DNA from: Felis catus
Lineage: Eukaryota
Direction of reading: 5' to 3'
NCBI RefSeq assembly: GCF_018350175.1
Contig: NC_058368.1
Location: 140,556,001-140,620,000 of the forward strand
Length of the DNA stretch: 64,000 nucleotides
Every line of letters begins with the position of its first letter. Position 1 is the stretch's first letter. The position numbers were made by a program, and so were the translations under genes. Under the pieces are notes generated by a model that made no database searches, was not told the origin of the DNA, and saw only the letters and a program-made list of their open reading frames with translations. This document shows, in pieces, positions 63,512 through 64,000 of this stretch.

Positions 63512-63579
63512 TATACCTGAATTTTTGACTGCACAGGGTGTTGGTGCTCCTAACCCCCACATTGTTCATGTGTCTACTA
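63512..63579. mobile_element. Tigger2-family transposon, right part
   Basis: ...TTTTTGACTGCACAGGGTGTTGGTGCTCCTAACCCCCACATTGTTCATGTGTCTACTA then TA; degenerate right TIR. Confidence 0.85.
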
Positions 63580-64000
63580 TATATAAGTATATTCGTGCAT
63601 ATACTGTAGTATTTTATGACTGGTTGATAATTTATTTTTAATAATAAGGTAGTACGGAGAATGGGCCTCCAAATAGATACCCTTTGCTGGTGTTGCAAAA
63701 ATTTGCCAAGTTCCATGACTTTGCTCTGTATTTTTCTTTCCTGGACCTTCTAGTCTATTTCCTAAGAACCTGTGGTATGATGGAGATGGTTGAAGGTTGA
63801 GCTGGTAGATATGGTTATTATTCTTTTGGTATATCCATGAGTTAGGGCTCCAGATGTTATTTTACCAGGTGGTTTAATAGAAGCAATTTGTGATAGTAAT
63901 TAGTCATAACTAAACCTTAAAACTATCTTAAAAAACATGTCTGACTGTTAATCTCTAGGAGGCCTATCTACACTCCCCAACCACGTGCAGCTACTTTAAT

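Noticed and set aside
1..64000. Prokaryotic-type systems (CRISPR arrays, operons, defence islands, rRNA)
   Set aside because: Sequence is mammalian intron/exon DNA; the recurring 200-bp repeats are dispersed SINEs with TSDs, not repeat-spacer arrays
63456..64000. Nested antisense gene F2RL2, which I recall lying in a human IQGAP2 intron; 86-aa minus ORF here
   Set aside because: No GPCR-like coding sequence in the window; the ORF runs through Tigger and L1 sequence; F2RL2 would be expected further downstream

Overview
Eukaryotic (mammalian, felid) genomic DNA, not prokaryotic. Abundant tRNA-derived carnivore SINEs (including young SINEC_Fc-type copies) and a carnivore-type LINE-1 indicate a cat-family genome. 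The whole window lies inside IQGAP2 on the + strand. Ten consecutive GT-AG coding exons (exons 3-12 by recalled human numbering, 7019-53415) splice into one open frame covering the calponin-homology domain and the IQGAP repeats. Intron 12 carries a probable alternative first exon (ATG CAC TCA CTC CCA G|GT, MHSLP) with a compact promoter-like motif cluster, predicting an N-terminally truncated isoform. About 850 bp downstream, a full-length but inactivated antisense L1 (57624-63511) splits an older Tigger2-family DNA transposon. The rest is intron with roughly 40 SINEs, truncated L1s, MIR/L2 relics and simple repeats. I found no convincing new biological system. The best leads are the internal promoter plus adjacent L1, an old MIR-bearing segment trapped inside a younger Tigger element, nested SINE stacks, and inverted young SINE pairs. 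Repeat subfamily names are by eye and boundaries of old repeats are approximate.
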